Origin: Gnetum montanum
Taxonomy: Eukaryota; Plantae; Gnetophyta
Direction: 5' to 3'
Assembly (NCBI GenBank): GCA_015680685.1
Contig: MNCI01001941.1
Coordinates: 63,308 to 127,307, forward strand
Length of the DNA: 64,000 nt
Part shown: piece after piece, positions 63,620 through 64,000 of the stretch
Layout: each line of letters begins with the position of its first letter
Numbering within the stretch: position 1 is the first letter of the stretch
Notes under the pieces: model-generated
Databases searched by the model: none
Told to the model about the DNA's origin: nothing
What the model saw: only the letters and a program-made list of their open reading frames with translations
Program-made: the position numbers and the translations under genes

Positions 63620-64000
63620 TGGGCCCACCATGGCCTAAAATGGACAAACCAATTCCATATCATACGCATGACCCACCATGGCCTAAAACTGGCAAGTATC
63701 CTATGGTCCACCATGGCCTAAAATTGGCAACATCCTTTTACAACACATGGCCCACCATGGCCTAAAACTCGCAAGCATCCTATGGCCTACCATGGCCTAA
63801 AACTCGCAAGCATCCTTTTACAAAACATGACCCACCATGGCCTAAAACTCGCAACATCCTTTTACAACTCATGGCTTGCCATCACCTAAAACTAGAAATA
63901 TCCTTTTACAACACATGGCCTACCATCACCCAAAATTGGCAAGTATTCTATGGTCCTCCATGGCCTAAAACTAGCAAACCAAATCCTTATTGTATGCATG
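63620..64000 (+). repeat. Tandem array with core CCATGGCCTAAAACT(G/C)GCAA (same as 4790-5170)
   Basis: About 9 copies visible. Confidence 0.95.

Larger units (their letters stand above)
57835..64000 (+). mobile_element. Tat/Ogre-like family 1, copy C: partial 5' LTR, 5' UTR, gag-protease and first tandem array; runs off the right edge
   Basis: LTR homology to 41700-42790; gag FTKYNGEGDPNAHLITFQ (~60796-60850); colinear with copy A (reverse) and copy B. Confidence 0.9.

Overview
AT-rich, heavily C-to-T decayed plant heterochromatin made almost entirely of nested, degenerate LTR retrotransposons; I found no intact host gene. Four copies belong to two divergent families of a large Ty3/gypsy Tat/Ogre-like element. 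Family 1: A (1-~3440, -), B (~3440-17872, +, probable 3' LTR at ~41000-43094) and C (~57835-64000, +). Family 2: D (17873-~41000, -, inserted in the 3' UTR of B). There is also an Athila-like fragment (43095-54521, -), a SIRE-like Ty1/copia fragment (54522-~57830, -) and a TSD-flanked solo LTR (28532-31430). The main discovery is that in both B and D the gag-protease ORF ends at a stop and is separated from RT-RH-aRH-INT by a 9-10 kb spacer. That spacer holds an antisense 8-exon spliceosomal gene (B: 10510->5520 on -; D: 26205->~33990 on +) with shared intron positions. The reconstructed ~1,050-1,100 aa product has an N-terminal FCP1/SCP (NIF, HAD-fold) CTD-phosphatase-like domain lacking its catalytic Asp residues in both families. 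This is fused to a PMD/Athila-ORF1-like plant-transposon domain, an acidic linker and a conserved coiled-coil C-terminus. Tandem arrays of one core motif bracket each coding cassette, and family-specific palindromes recur at ~185-200 bp spacing. All domain assignments are by-eye motif recognition on manually translated, stop-ridden sequence and need HMM or structure confirmation.
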